Shown here: positions 47,661 through 57,599 of the stretch, piece by piece
How positions within the stretch are numbered: position 1 is the first letter of the stretch
Layout of the letters: every line of letters starts with the position of its first letter
From: Bdellovibrionales bacterium
GTDB taxonomy: Bacteria; Bdellovibrionota; Bdellovibrionia; Bdellovibrionales; UBA1609
Direction: 5' to 3'
DNA: 64,000 nucleotides
NCBI GenBank assembly: GCA_965200875.1
Contig: OZ241456.1
Coordinates: forward strand, 1,472,001 to 1,536,000
Notes under the pieces: model-generated
Told to the model about the DNA's origin: nothing
Seen by the model: the letters and a program-made list of their open reading frames with translations, nothing else
Databases searched by the model: none
Translations under genes and position numbers: made by a program

Positions 47661-50252
47661 TCATATATTTTCTCTTTTTTCAAATTCCTTTATCCAGTTT
47701 TTAAGGAATTCAAAGTCTTTTTTTAATTCTTCAGGTTCAGGTATATTATTAATTACTTCATTGGTGGAAGAATGTAGGTATTTTGAATACTTTGTCATTA
47801 AGTTTTCTAAAAAGCTACAATCTGTTTGATCGATCTTGTAGAGATTTTTTATTTTATTGAGTGTCTTGATTTGTCTCCTATGCCGTTTAACTACATCCAT
47901 AAGTAAAGTGTACTCAATCGTGTTTTCAATAGTAATTCTGAAGTCACTACAAAGTCCTTTTGCAACTGTGTTATATGTATCTATACCTTCTTTTTCCCAA
48001 CATTCTTTGGCTTGCGACAATCTTTGTATTAAAGAGTCTAAAGCCTCTTTTGGTTTTTTTGCGGAAAATGGAATGCCCCCAGGCTCACCTGTACCCCAAG
48101 GTTCTTTTTTTAAGCATATATTATGGAGTTTTATGTCTTTTTTATTCGCATATTCTTGAATCAGCCCAAAAAAGGACAACCGATGCGTAAACACAATGAC
48201 TTGACGTTCTTGAGACAGCTCTACAAGACGCTTAGCGACCGCTTCTTCATAATTTTGATCCAATGAAGATATAGGATCATCAAACACAAATGGAGCTGAA
48301 TTTTGCCCTCCGGTTACATCAGCAAGAAATGCTGAAAGAGAAACAATGCGAGATTCTCCCTCACTAAGAATATCTGCTGTTTTTACTTGAGAGTGTAACT
48401 TTATATCTTTTAGACGCACTTGATGAAGTGTTTTTCCTTTTGCTACCTTTGATTTAAAAAGATCCACTTTTATCTTATCAGCTTTCAATTTTTTCAACTC
48501 AGTATTGAATCTATCAATAAAATCTTTGGTAATCAGTTTTTCTGACAGTTCACTTTTCTTTCTCGACAAAGCTGTTGTGTCTACTAACTTTTTAGCAGAT
48601 TTAAGAAAATCAATATTGTTCAATCTTTTTATCTCTTCTTTTATTGAAGTTACTTGTTCAGAAAGCCATTTCTTAGCTTTTAATTTTTTTTGTTTGGATA
48701 GTAAAGCTTCCCTGTTATCTTCCTTTGCATCTTCATCATATTGTTTTGCTTTTTGTGCATTGTCTGTAATGGTTTTTTCCATTTCTTTTTTCCGGCATTC
48801 AAAAGAAGGTAGAGGGGAAAAATCAGATGAAATTGCAGAATCAGTTAATTGTTTTTTTCTTTTTTCTAAAGCATCATACAGGTTTTTCAAATCTGTATGA
48901 CTATCTGATTGTAATCCGCTTGCGTCAATTTTAGTTTCAATCTCTTTTTGACTAAAAATATTAGGAAGATCATTTATAGCTTGTTTCAATAATTCTTTTT
49001 TATTTTCTACATCCTTTTGTGCTTCACCTTTTATAAACTCTTCAAAAGACTTAAATCTTTCTTTTGAACCTTCATCCAATTTCTGGTGGCATAAAACACA
49101 TAAAGCATCATTTGATAGAACAGGAAAAGATTGTCCTTTATAAGCTTCTTGCTCAGAATAGGCTCTGGCATACTCCCAAAGCTGTTTCCAAGTTTCAGTT
49201 CCCACTCCATTTAAAGATGATTGTTCAAAAAGTTTAGTTGCCACCACTTTTGCTGTTTTTTGAGCTTTTGCAAGAGATTGTTTAAGATCATTAATAATTT
49301 TGCATTTTTCATTAGAAACACTATCTACACACTTATTAGTATTGTTTATCAATTCCAGCAAATGTGTATTTTTTGTTCTGATTTCTTTTGCTTTTTTTGT
49401 AGGATCTGCTTGAGCAAGTCGCTGTTGAAATTCCTGTAACTGATTTTGATCTTCTGTTGTCCATAAGCAGTATTTACTTACTTCTTCTTCAGAGACATTT
49501 ATGGATAAATCATTATACCATTTTCCTTCTTCTGTATCTTTGTGTTCGTCCGGGCAACTTGGTTTTTTTGATGGATGCTTTTTTATTTCAGAGTCTATTT
49601 TAGATGATATTTCTTCGCATATCTGAACAAGATAGGAAAAAAAAGACAAAATTTTCGGTTCATAAGTGATTTCGTTTTCATTTTCCACATAAACCTGTCC
49701 GCATGAAATATCAAAAACGCTTACAGAGCTTAAATCACTAACACCGGGGTTAGATACTTTCCATTTTATACTTTTTGGTTCATTGGCTTTCTGATATTGA
49801 ATAACGCATTCTTGTTCAGAGTTGAATTCTTTGTGAATATTTGGAAGAATTATTTTTGATGGGGACTTTGATCCGCAAATATGTTTTAAAATTCGCACAT
49901 ACCCTGATTTTCCAGAACCATTTAAACCATAAACGATTGAGAGATTTTCTTTTCCAAAATCCAGCGGTTTTTTAGGGGATAGAGCATTAATTCCTTTTAT
50001 ATCTGAAAGAGAAATTAATTTTATTAAATTATCTGCAATTTTATATTTTAAAAGTTTCTCTATTGGTATGTCATCATCTAATTCATTTTGTGGTGTTGTG
50101 ACTTCGTTTACACAATATTTATAAAGTTCCATACAGTCTTCTTCACTCAGTTTTCCTTTATCAAGAATGAGTATAGTGGCTTTTTGAAGCCACTTATGTC
50201 TATCTTGAAACCACTTTTTTAATCCCTCTATCTTCATATTTTTAATCTCCAT
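47661..50252 (-). CDS. Rad50/RloC-like ABC-type ATPase with zinc hook
   Basis: Walker A GLNGSGKS, CVLC hook in a coiled coil, LSEGE signature, FVFDDPISSLD, VFTH. Confidence 0.85.
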   Translation of the reverse strand: MEIKNMKIEGLKKWFQDRHKWLQKATILILDKGKLSEEDCMELYKYCVNEVTTPQNELDDDIPIEKLLKYKIADNLIKLISLSDIKGINALSPKKPLDFGKENLSIVYGLNGSGKSGYVRILKHICGSKSPSKIILPNIHKEFNSEQECVIQYQKANEPKSIKWKVSNPGVSDLSSVSVFDISCGQVYVENENEITYEPKILSFFSYLVQICEEISSKIDSEIKKHPSKKPSCPDEHKDTEEGKWYNDLSINVSEEEVSKYCLWTTEDQNQLQEFQQRLAQADPTKKAKEIRTKNTHLLELINNTNKCVDSVSNEKCKIINDLKQSLAKAQKTAKVVATKLFEQSSLNGVGTETWKQLWEYARAYSEQEAYKGQSFPVLSNDALCVLCHQKLDEGSKERFKSFEEFIKGEAQKDVENKKELLKQAINDLPNIFSQKEIETKIDASGLQSDSHTDLKNLYDALEKRKKQLTDSAISSDFSPLPSFECRKKEMEKTITDNAQKAKQYDEDAKEDNREALLSKQKKLKAKKWLSEQVTSIKEEIKRLNNIDFLKSAKKLVDTTALSRKKSELSEKLITKDFIDRFNTELKKLKADKIKVDLFKSKVAKGKTLHQVRLKDIKLHSQVKTADILSEGESRIVSLSAFLADVTGGQNSAPFVFDDPISSLDQNYEEAVAKRLVELSQERQVIVFTHRLSFFGLIQEYANKKDIKLHNICLKKEPWGTGEPGGIPFSAKKPKEALDSLIQRLSQAKECWEKEGIDTYNTVAKGLCSDFRITIENTIEYTLLMDVVKRHRRQIKTLNKIKNLYKIDQTDCSFLENLMTKYSKYLHSSTNEVINNIPEPEELKKDFEFLKNWIKEFEKRENI

Positions 50253-50389
50253 TGATCAATAAGCCCTTGCCTCATAAACTCTTTCACACCCGAGAATATA
50301 AAAACTTTTTACATTGTACCTGTGTATAATCAAGCATCTGTATCACAACCTCTGTCAGGCCCACAGAAGCGTGAGTTTTCTTTGCGTGT

Positions 50390-51649
50390 TCATATCTTTA
50401 ATCTCCATTTTCCGGTGAGGAGTTTTTGCATCAACCCCTTCTTTTGTATGCGATATTGCTCCATTGTTTTTTTAAGCAATTCAATTTCTTTTTGAGCAGT
50501 ATGAAGTATGTGAGCGATCTTGTTTTGTTCAGATAGAGAAGGGATTGAAATTGTAATTTTTGAATATTGAGAAATCCAATGTCTTTTATGAGCTTTTGCT
50601 TGAAAATTAATATTTTTCATTGAATAAAATATAAAGTGTATGTCAGCTGTATCCATTTTTGCAAGTAAAATTTTCATAGCGGATGATTTTACCTTAAAAG
50701 GAAAAGTCACCAATTGTTTTGATGTTGTAAAATCATCAAATATAATAACAGGTAATTGGTCTCTTGAAAATATCCCAGCTTTTTCATTTGTATAGCCAAT
50801 AATAAAACTTTTACCTGCGGTTAACACTGGAATATCATACTGATCATCGTATTGTGTAGAATCAACAATATACTGGGTCGGTTGTTCATAATCCAATACT
50901 TCATCTAGTTTTACTTTTTGCCATGTGGGGTTTTGTTGTTGATCGCTGATGAGCTTTTTTAACAGCCACTTAAACTGTTTTTCCTTGGCAGAGATAAGCT
51001 GTTCGGTTTGCTCAATAGCTTTGTCCCATATCTCCAACACAGAAACAATCGCCTTCTGCTCAGAAAGGGGAGGGAGAAGGATTTTTTGCACTTTCACAAA
51101 AGAAAGATTAGCTATCTGAAATTGTTTGTTTCCTAAATATAAAAATACAGGATACAGTTTCTGTGCTGTCAGATAAAGATAAACTGGATCTAATTCTTCA
51201 GTATCTTTAGGATATAAACCAGCTATATTTTGATTAGTGGCACATTCAAACTTTAAGAATCCTGTTTTGCCAATAGTTGCACCTACTAAAGCAATTAATG
51301 TGGTACTTTTTTTTAAAACTTTAGCCGGTGAATTACTTAAACCCTCTTTAGTAATAAATTCCTTTGCGTTTATAATACTTTTATCCTTACAAGCTGTTGA
51401 ACCTACCCACGGAATTGTACCATTCCAATAAGTATCTACAGAACGGTTTGGAGTACCACCAACTTGAATCTCACAAATATTTCCTAATTTCATTCTTTTC
51501 CATCCTTTAGGCAACTTTGAATCTTCTTCCTTTATTCTAACTCTATTTTTCTGGATTCCAGCTTTCGCGGGAATGACAACAGGAACAAAATGCACATTTG
51601 AACAATGAGGTTGTTTATGCTTTATTGTTTTTTTACTTGATATTTTCAT
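50390..51649 (-). CDS. hsdS: Type I R-M specificity subunit (orphan)
   Basis: LPKGW, GGTP, PPLSEQKAI, PSLSEQNKI, QKKGLMQKLLTGKWR. Confidence 0.9.
   Translation of the reverse strand: MKISSKKTIKHKQPHCSNVHFVPVVIPAKAGIQKNRVRIKEEDSKLPKGWKRMKLGNICEIQVGGTPNRSVDTYWNGTIPWVGSTACKDKSIINAKEFITKEGLSNSPAKVLKKSTTLIALVGATIGKTGFLKFECATNQNIAGLYPKDTEELDPVYLYLTAQKLYPVFLYLGNKQFQIANLSFVKVQKILLPPLSEQKAIVSVLEIWDKAIEQTEQLISAKEKQFKWLLKKLISDQQQNPTWQKVKLDEVLDYEQPTQYIVDSTQYDDQYDIPVLTAGKSFIIGYTNEKAGIFSRDQLPVIIFDDFTTSKQLVTFPFKVKSSAMKILLAKMDTADIHFIFYSMKNINFQAKAHKRHWISQYSKITISIPSLSEQNKIAHILHTAQKEIELLKKTMEQYRIQKKGLMQKLLTGKWRLKI
51552..51577 (-). repeat. REP/dRS3-like palindrome in frame in the hsdS 5' extension
   Basis: GTCATTCCCGCGAAAGCTGGAATCCA encodes VIPAKAGIQ. 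Confidence 0.75.
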
Positions 51650-51734
51650 TTGTAATCCTTTTTGTTCTTACTTTACCTTGTACTATGATTTGTATTTCAT
51701 GTTTTTAAAACCTATTGTCATTATCCATATGTCA

Positions 51735-51986
51735 TTACCCATCGCTATCCTTATTATATTTTGGATTGCGCCCGCCATGATTTTGCCGATACTGCTTTAA
51801 ATCCTGTGCTTCCTTCCTTTTTGCTCCAGCTTCTGTCATTTTTCGAGAAGTTGGCTGAAGGTGAGAAAATCGTTTTCCTTCTTGTTTATGTTGCATTTCC
51901 CTTTTTTCTGGATCCTGTGTTATACCTTTATAAACAACTTTTCTATCTTGTTTTAAATTATATGTTATAGTATTCTTTTTTGGCAT
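51735..51986 (-). CDS. Minimal GIY-YIG-like nuclease
   Basis: TYNL...VVYKGITQDPEKREMQH...E...YN fits the GIY-YIG core; AAGGAGG RBS. Confidence 0.7.
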   Translation of the reverse strand: MPKKNTITYNLKQDRKVVYKGITQDPEKREMQHKQEGKRFSHLQPTSRKMTEAGAKRKEAQDLKQYRQNHGGRNPKYNKDSDG

Positions 51987-52007
51987 ATTTTCCTCCTTGT
52001 TGGTTTT

Positions 52008-52889
52008 TTATTTATTAATTTTTTCTTTTTGTTTTTTTGTTTCAAGTGTTTTTCTTTTACTTTTCTCAAGGGTTTTAATACTGCTTTCAGGTGTGGGTAA
52101 CTCTTCTGGCATAGTTCCTCCAAGGTCTTTTATGGTTTTTCGTACTTGTCCGCCCACTTCATAGTGGGTCTGATTGGCCTCCTCTTTCCCCTTGATGTTT
52201 TCTCGGCGTAGTTTTTCATCAGTTTGTGTTGCGCGAAAAAGATTGGCCGCTAATTCTGTGCTCCCCATGTGATCCAAAATGTTTTGGCTTTTCTTTAACC
52301 TCTTCCTCTGACGAATATCTTTCGCACCCAGCCCTCCATATAATCCCTGATACCCGTGGTTTTGGAAAATCGCAAAATCCAAACCACTTTCCACTCCTGC
52401 TTTGCTGGCTGTCTCCACTAATTGTTTGTTATGCGTTTTCATTTCCTTTCGGAGGAAAAGCCTTTTTTTATCTTCATCTAATTGCCGAAAAGTTTTGTCA
52501 TCTGCAAGCTCCTGCCTGCGTGTCTGAAGGGCAAAGTAAGTTTGTCCGCTGGCAATCACAGGCTTGGAAGGATCGGCATTTTGGACGATCAAATAACAAG
52601 CATATCTGCTTAGCCGATAGTCGTAGTCCGGGATATGACGCTCGACAGCTAAGCCAGTTTTAACTATTTTTCCCACCTGGGAAAAATAGTCAGAAGGGGA
52701 GTTTTTGGAATTTTCACAGGCTTTTATGGCTTTTTGAATAACCACTTTAAATTTGCTCCAACTACTATATCCTAGCACTATCTGCAAGTCTCTGGCTGAC
52801 CAAAACTCCACACCTTCTGGTGTTGTTTGACGAATATCCTCAAAGGTTTTATGGTCGGTTTTTAATACTTGTCCATTGTTATTTTTCAT
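52008..52889 (-). CDS. dinD: DNA damage-inducible protein D family (copy 2, E. coli-like)
   Basis: LSRYACYLIVQNADPSKPVIASGQTYFALQTRRQE, FQNHGYQGLYGG, MGSTELAANLFRATQT. Confidence 0.92.
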   Translation of the reverse strand: MKNNNGQVLKTDHKTFEDIRQTTPEGVEFWSARDLQIVLGYSSWSKFKVVIQKAIKACENSKNSPSDYFSQVGKIVKTGLAVERHIPDYDYRLSRYACYLIVQNADPSKPVIASGQTYFALQTRRQELADDKTFRQLDEDKKRLFLRKEMKTHNKQLVETASKAGVESGLDFAIFQNHGYQGLYGGLGAKDIRQRKRLKKSQNILDHMGSTELAANLFRATQTDEKLRRENIKGKEEANQTHYEVGGQVRKTIKDLGGTMPEELPTPESSIKTLEKSKRKTLETKKQKEKINK

Positions 52890-53911
52890 TTTTTCCTCCT
52901 TTTTATCTTTTTTTCCACTTGCTTTGTTAGCTGTTCAATTTCTTTTATATCCTCCATATCAGCCAACAAGGCTTCTTCTTTCCTGCGGTTAGTGGAAAAC
53001 TCATCATAACGATCTTCTGCCAGTTTTTTGGCTACTTCAGCTTTAACTTTTCCAGCATGGGTCAGCAGTTCACGATCATTGAATTTTAAAAAAGCATCCA
53101 GTTTATTTTCCCATTTCTTCATGGTTATTGTTTGTCGCTTACTAGCCTGAGCTTCTGCATAATCCAAGTACATGGTAACAATCCGATTTAGTTCACTGAT
53201 TTCTTTTTTTTGCAAATAGTTCTTGGCAACAGCAACATCGCCTTTGCGGACTCTCGAACCCTGCCACGAAGTTAAACCCATATTGGTTTTTTTTGAATCA
53301 CTGCGATCAACAATTAATTCTGCCGCGGTTTTCCCAGTTACTGTCCATAGCATTTTGTTCTGTACCTTTTTGAAAAACAAATTAGCCTGATCAGATTCTT
53401 TGTCGTAGTCTATGGCCGTTTTATAAATGTCCCTGACTTTTTGATAAAATCGTTTCTCCGAAGCGCGAATTTCACGAATACGCTCCAACCACTCATCAAA
53501 GTAATCCCACTTTTTGGCCTGCTTTAATCGCTCATCATCCATTGCGAAACCTTTAATCAGGTATTCTTTTAAAATTGTTGTGGCCCATTTTCGAAATTGG
53601 ATACCTCGAGGAGAATTCACACGATAACCAACAGTTAAGATCATATCGAGGTTATAATGTGTCATATTGTAAGATTTGCCATCAGTGGCAGTTCGTCGGA
53701 ATTTCCGACAAACTATATTTTGGTTTAACTCGCCTGATTGTAAAATATTTTGAATATGTTCTGCAATAGTGGAACGACTTTTATTAAAAAGCTGTGCTAT
53801 TTCCTCCTGAATAAGCCAGACCGTTCCTTCCAAGGCTCTTAATTGCACATCTACCTGACCATCTTCAGTCGTGTATAAAATCATCTCTCCTTTATGTAAC
53901 AATTTATTCAT
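52886..53911 (-). CDS. RhuM-family protein
   Basis: YNLDMILTVGYRVNS, FRKWAT, KGFAMDDERLK, IREIRASEKRFYQK. Confidence 0.9.
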   Translation of the reverse strand: MNKLLHKGEMILYTTEDGQVDVQLRALEGTVWLIQEEIAQLFNKSRSTIAEHIQNILQSGELNQNIVCRKFRRTATDGKSYNMTHYNLDMILTVGYRVNSPRGIQFRKWATTILKEYLIKGFAMDDERLKQAKKWDYFDEWLERIREIRASEKRFYQKVRDIYKTAIDYDKESDQANLFFKKVQNKMLWTVTGKTAAELIVDRSDSKKTNMGLTSWQGSRVRKGDVAVAKNYLQKKEISELNRIVTMYLDYAEAQASKRQTITMKKWENKLDAFLKFNDRELLTHAGKVKAEVAKKLAEDRYDEFSTNRRKEEALLADMEDIKEIEQLTKQVEKKIKRRKK

Positions 53912-54155
53912 ACTCTCTGCCTTTCTTTAAACTTTTTCTCTTTGTACATCGATAAATAAAAAAATCAAGTGATAACAATGCTTTATCATTTATTCAGGAC
54001 CAACATGGTTATGCCTCCACTACATCTTTCTTGTCATGGAGACTTCAATCTGTGATGGTGATTGAAAACAAGCTTAAGATGAAAATAGTACATGACAGCT
54101 CAAACAAAATCAGTATAAAAAGCTTCAAAGGATTAATTTTTGCAAAATAAAATCT

Positions 54156-54872
54156 CTATAAAAATTTTTTGGGCATTTCATCCCAAGTTTTCCCATTGAG
54201 CAATCGACCAGTTGTGCTTTTTCGAACACCGCCCCATTGTTTAAAAAAGAAAGCAACATTTTTTTTAAGGCACTGATCGCGGATTTGTTCCACCCACTCT
54301 TTCTGCATTACACGAGCTTTTGGCCCGGATTCCCCTCCAACAATAACCCAATCAATGCCTTTAAGCTTGAGTCGGGGAAGTGGACCTAAAAGTGGTTCTA
54401 AGGATAAAAATTTTACATGAGCTGTTGTTTTCAGCAAGTGATTTGTTCGAAACATATAATTTTTATTTTCAATGCTTGTCCCTATCCATATATTTTTAGT
54501 CCAGTTAAGCTTTGGGGCAATCTGCTCCAGTCGCTCAGCACGTTTTGTTAAAACTTGAAAAATATGTTGAGGAGAACAATTCATCACCTGAAAAACTTTT
54601 TTTATAAAAAAATCAGGAACTCGCGCATGAAATAAATCGCTCATTGAGTTGACGAATATCATTTTTGGTTTCACCCATTTAAGAGGAATGTCAAGAGCTG
54701 ATTCATGCAAAGTAAGTTTAAAACCATTTCTGTAGTTTCGCTGACCCATTTTTTGTAACCTATGAGATAATCTTTCAGCATAGCAATTTTTACAACCAGG
54801 ACTAACTTTATTGCAACCGGTAAGAGGGTTCCATGTAGCATCTGTCCATTCTATACTTGATAATGTTGCCAT
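54156..54872 (-). CDS. DUF5131 / phage Gp37-Gp68 family protein
   Basis: [50 protein letters not shown]. Confidence 0.9.
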   Translation of the reverse strand: MATLSSIEWTDATWNPLTGCNKVSPGCKNCYAERLSHRLQKMGQRNYRNGFKLTLHESALDIPLKWVKPKMIFVNSMSDLFHARVPDFFIKKVFQVMNCSPQHIFQVLTKRAERLEQIAPKLNWTKNIWIGTSIENKNYMFRTNHLLKTTAHVKFLSLEPLLGPLPRLKLKGIDWVIVGGESGPKARVMQKEWVEQIRDQCLKKNVAFFFKQWGGVRKSTTGRLLNGKTWDEMPKKFL

Positions 54873-54874
54873 AT

Positions 54875-55708
54875 TTACTCCTGCTCCAAAACATGTTGCG
54901 AAATCCTTAGAGCTATATTTTTTCCTTTTGGATTACTGACAGCAAAATATAAGTAAAATAAAATACTGTTCCTAGAATTTTTTAAAGGCAGAGGCTCAGA
55001 AGCTACACCAGGGAATACTGTTTTTAGATGCTCTAAATAGTATTTTTTGATATCCTCAAACTTGGCGGTTTTTTCTTTTTCTGTTTTTTTAGTAAATAAA
55101 GAAAGTTGTTGTTTTTCTTGATAAAAGGCTTCCTTCCATTGAGAAGATCCAAGTGTTTTATTCAACTTTTTACATAATTTTTCTGGGATTTGTCCATCTC
55201 TGTAAAGCAATCTATTAACAGCCATTGCAGGGAATAAAATCCATAAATCTATAGCGTGAGTTTGTGATATGGCTTTAATGACATCCCATTCAACTTCCAT
55301 AGCAAAGGGATCAAGGAATAGGACAGCTCTGTGATTTATCCAATCCATTGTTTTGCAAAGTTCCTTTATGCAAATATTTGCATCTTCATTATGAAATATC
55401 AATTTTTTTGTTGGAAACTTGTCTTTTATTTGTTGAAGCTGTTGAAATATGTTTGGATCTTTTTCAATAAATATATATTTATCAAATCTCTGTGTATGTT
55501 CCAAAATAATGAGAGGAGAACCTTTTTGAAATTTTCTAATATGGCCCTCATCTTCACCGGCATTTTCATCTCTATAACCTGAACCGGCAAAAGCATCAAT
55601 GTACAAAAGTTTGAATTTTTGATTTTGCATCACCTTCTCATAAGCAAGAACATATTGTTTAAGAGAATCTAATTTTTTCTCTGTCCAATTTCCGCCAAAT
55701 TTATTCAT
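54875..55708 (-). CDS. Three-Cys-motif partner protein (TcmP-like, MTase fold)
   Basis: [27 protein letters not shown]; typical partner upstream of DUF5131. Confidence 0.82.
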   Translation of the reverse strand: MNKFGGNWTEKKLDSLKQYVLAYEKVMQNQKFKLLYIDAFAGSGYRDENAGEDEGHIRKFQKGSPLIILEHTQRFDKYIFIEKDPNIFQQLQQIKDKFPTKKLIFHNEDANICIKELCKTMDWINHRAVLFLDPFAMEVEWDVIKAISQTHAIDLWILFPAMAVNRLLYRDGQIPEKLCKKLNKTLGSSQWKEAFYQEKQQLSLFTKKTEKEKTAKFEDIKKYYLEHLKTVFPGVASEPLPLKNSRNSILFYLYFAVSNPKGKNIALRISQHVLEQE

Positions 55709-55786
55709 TTTTCCTCTATATTCTTGTTTGTAATAAAATCGCTATTCTGTGAATCTAAAAGTAGAGAGTTTGTTTCAATTTTTTAT

Positions 55787-55903
55787 TCATGATTTTATCC
55801 ATACTATAATTAAGTTGTATTTTTTAAAATCTGGCAGATCATCTGACGCTTGATAATTATCAAAAACTCCAAAATTTTTTATTTTCTTAATTTTTGTAAT
55901 CAT
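55787..55903 (-). pseudogene. 5' remnant of an AAA_13/RloC-like ATPase gene (38 aa)
   Basis: MITKIKKIKNFGVFDNYQASDDLPDFKKYNLI then a stop just before the expected Walker A. Confidence 0.6.
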
Positions 55904-55969
55904 TTTTCCTGTAAAAACTCCAAATGTTTTATTTTTGATACTCAAAGGTAAAAAAAGACCAAAAATATA

Positions 55970-57592
55970 CTACACAATTTTTTGATAGCTTTCAAGATGA
56001 GATAAGGACTTTGAGAGTTGAAGCTCTAAAGCCTTTTCCTTTTGTATTTGTTTTTCAGCATTTTCTATAACCTTCATAAGAGCAACAATCTCTTTTTGCA
56101 CCTCCAGAGGAGGAAATGGTATTTTGATTGCTTTTATTGATTTCTGATTGATTGAATCAAAGACTGAACCTCCACCTCCTGTAATTTTACTTTGACTTTT
56201 CTTTAAATAATAAAACAAGAACATTTGATTGATTTTGTTGTTCTTTACTCTGATAGAAGCTAGTCCTCTTCCAATACAAATTTTTTGAAGTGTAATATTC
56301 ACGGGGCCCACGGGAGCACGAACAGACATTAAAATATCATTCGGTTTTGCTGTTTTTGTAACACTTACTGTCCATTTCACAGGCTCTCCCAAATATATGT
56401 CTCCAAACTCTTTTTTCCCTTGATAAAAAGGAGTACCTTGATTGTGTGTATTATAAAATCGGCCTTTTGGAGACTGACCAGAAATAATCTGTGCAATATC
56501 TCCTAATTCCACCATAGGCCATATACTGTCTGGTTGTTCTGCAAAAGCAATGTCCTCTTTTTTGAGATAAGCTTTTTGTTCCTTCACCAGAGCTTGTAAA
56601 GATTTTTTAATCCGGCCATTAGAGAGTTTCTGAAAATCTAAACTTCCGCAAAGCATCAGCTGAAACAGCAGGGATTTAAAATTTTTTACACCATTTTCTG
56701 AATACAAAATGTCCTTAAAATTATCTTTCAGCCTCTTCCAGTTATGAACTAACTCCGATTTGGTTTTGGATTGAGTGATGAAATACATGGAAGACTTAGA
56801 AAACTCATCTTGCTTTTGAGATTTTTCCTTTGTTTGAATTTCCAACAAGGTGCACTTTTTCATAAGAGCGACAATCTCTTTTTGCACCTCCAGAGGAGGA
56901 AGTGGTATTTTATATTTCATAGCATAGTCTTTTGTGAGTCTTTGTAGTCCTCCTGTTCCACTCATATTCTCTTTTCCATTATTAATAAATGTATTACTGG
57001 AAATGAAGTAATAGAGTATTTCAGAAAGAATGATTTTTTTATTAACTCTATACACAAAAAATTCACTTGAACCAAAGCCAATCCCATTCTTTAAACTTCT
57101 AGCAATTCCAGATTTTCCATTTTCAAAACAAGGTGTCACACGAGCAAGTAAAACATCTCCTTCTGCAAAGTATGTGTATCCTGAATATACATTTTTTAAC
57201 TTTTTTTCATTTTTTATTCTAAAGTTTATATTATGAGCATTCAAATCTGCCATTGGAACAAAGGATATAAACTGATTTTTTGGTAATTTTTTTACTTCAG
57301 ACTTTTTAGGACTAAATTCACAAATATCTCCTAATTCCACCATAGGCCATATACTGTCTGGTTGTTCTGCAAAAGCAATGTGCTCTTTTTTGAGATAAGC
57401 TTTTTGTTCCTTCACCAGAGCTTGTAAAGATTTTTTAATCCGGCCATTAGAGAGTTTTTGAAAGTCCAAACTTCCATTAATAGCTAATTGAAAAATCAAA
57501 GACTTAAAACATTTAAAGCTTTTTTCTGACTTAGAGAAAATATCAAAATTTCTGAATAAAATATTATTATTTGATTTTAGATCTGTTTTCAT
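55970..57592 (-). CDS. hsdS: Type I R-M specificity subunit
   Basis: Two TRDs, PPLEVQKEIV twice, duplicated conserved block. Likely start MKTDLK at 57592. Confidence 0.88.
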   Translation of the reverse strand: MKTDLKSNNNILFRNFDIFSKSEKSFKCFKSLIFQLAINGSLDFQKLSNGRIKKSLQALVKEQKAYLKKEHIAFAEQPDSIWPMVELGDICEFSPKKSEVKKLPKNQFISFVPMADLNAHNINFRIKNEKKLKNVYSGYTYFAEGDVLLARVTPCFENGKSGIARSLKNGIGFGSSEFFVYRVNKKIILSEILYYFISSNTFINNGKENMSGTGGLQRLTKDYAMKYKIPLPPLEVQKEIVALMKKCTLLEIQTKEKSQKQDEFSKSSMYFITQSKTKSELVHNWKRLKDNFKDILYSENGVKNFKSLLFQLMLCGSLDFQKLSNGRIKKSLQALVKEQKAYLKKEDIAFAEQPDSIWPMVELGDIAQIISGQSPKGRFYNTHNQGTPFYQGKKEFGDIYLGEPVKWTVSVTKTAKPNDILMSVRAPVGPVNITLQKICIGRGLASIRVKNNKINQMFLFYYLKKSQSKITGGGGSVFDSINQKSIKAIKIPFPPLEVQKEIVALMKVIENAEKQIQKEKALELQLSKSLSHLESYQKIV

Positions 57593-57599
57593 TTTTTCT

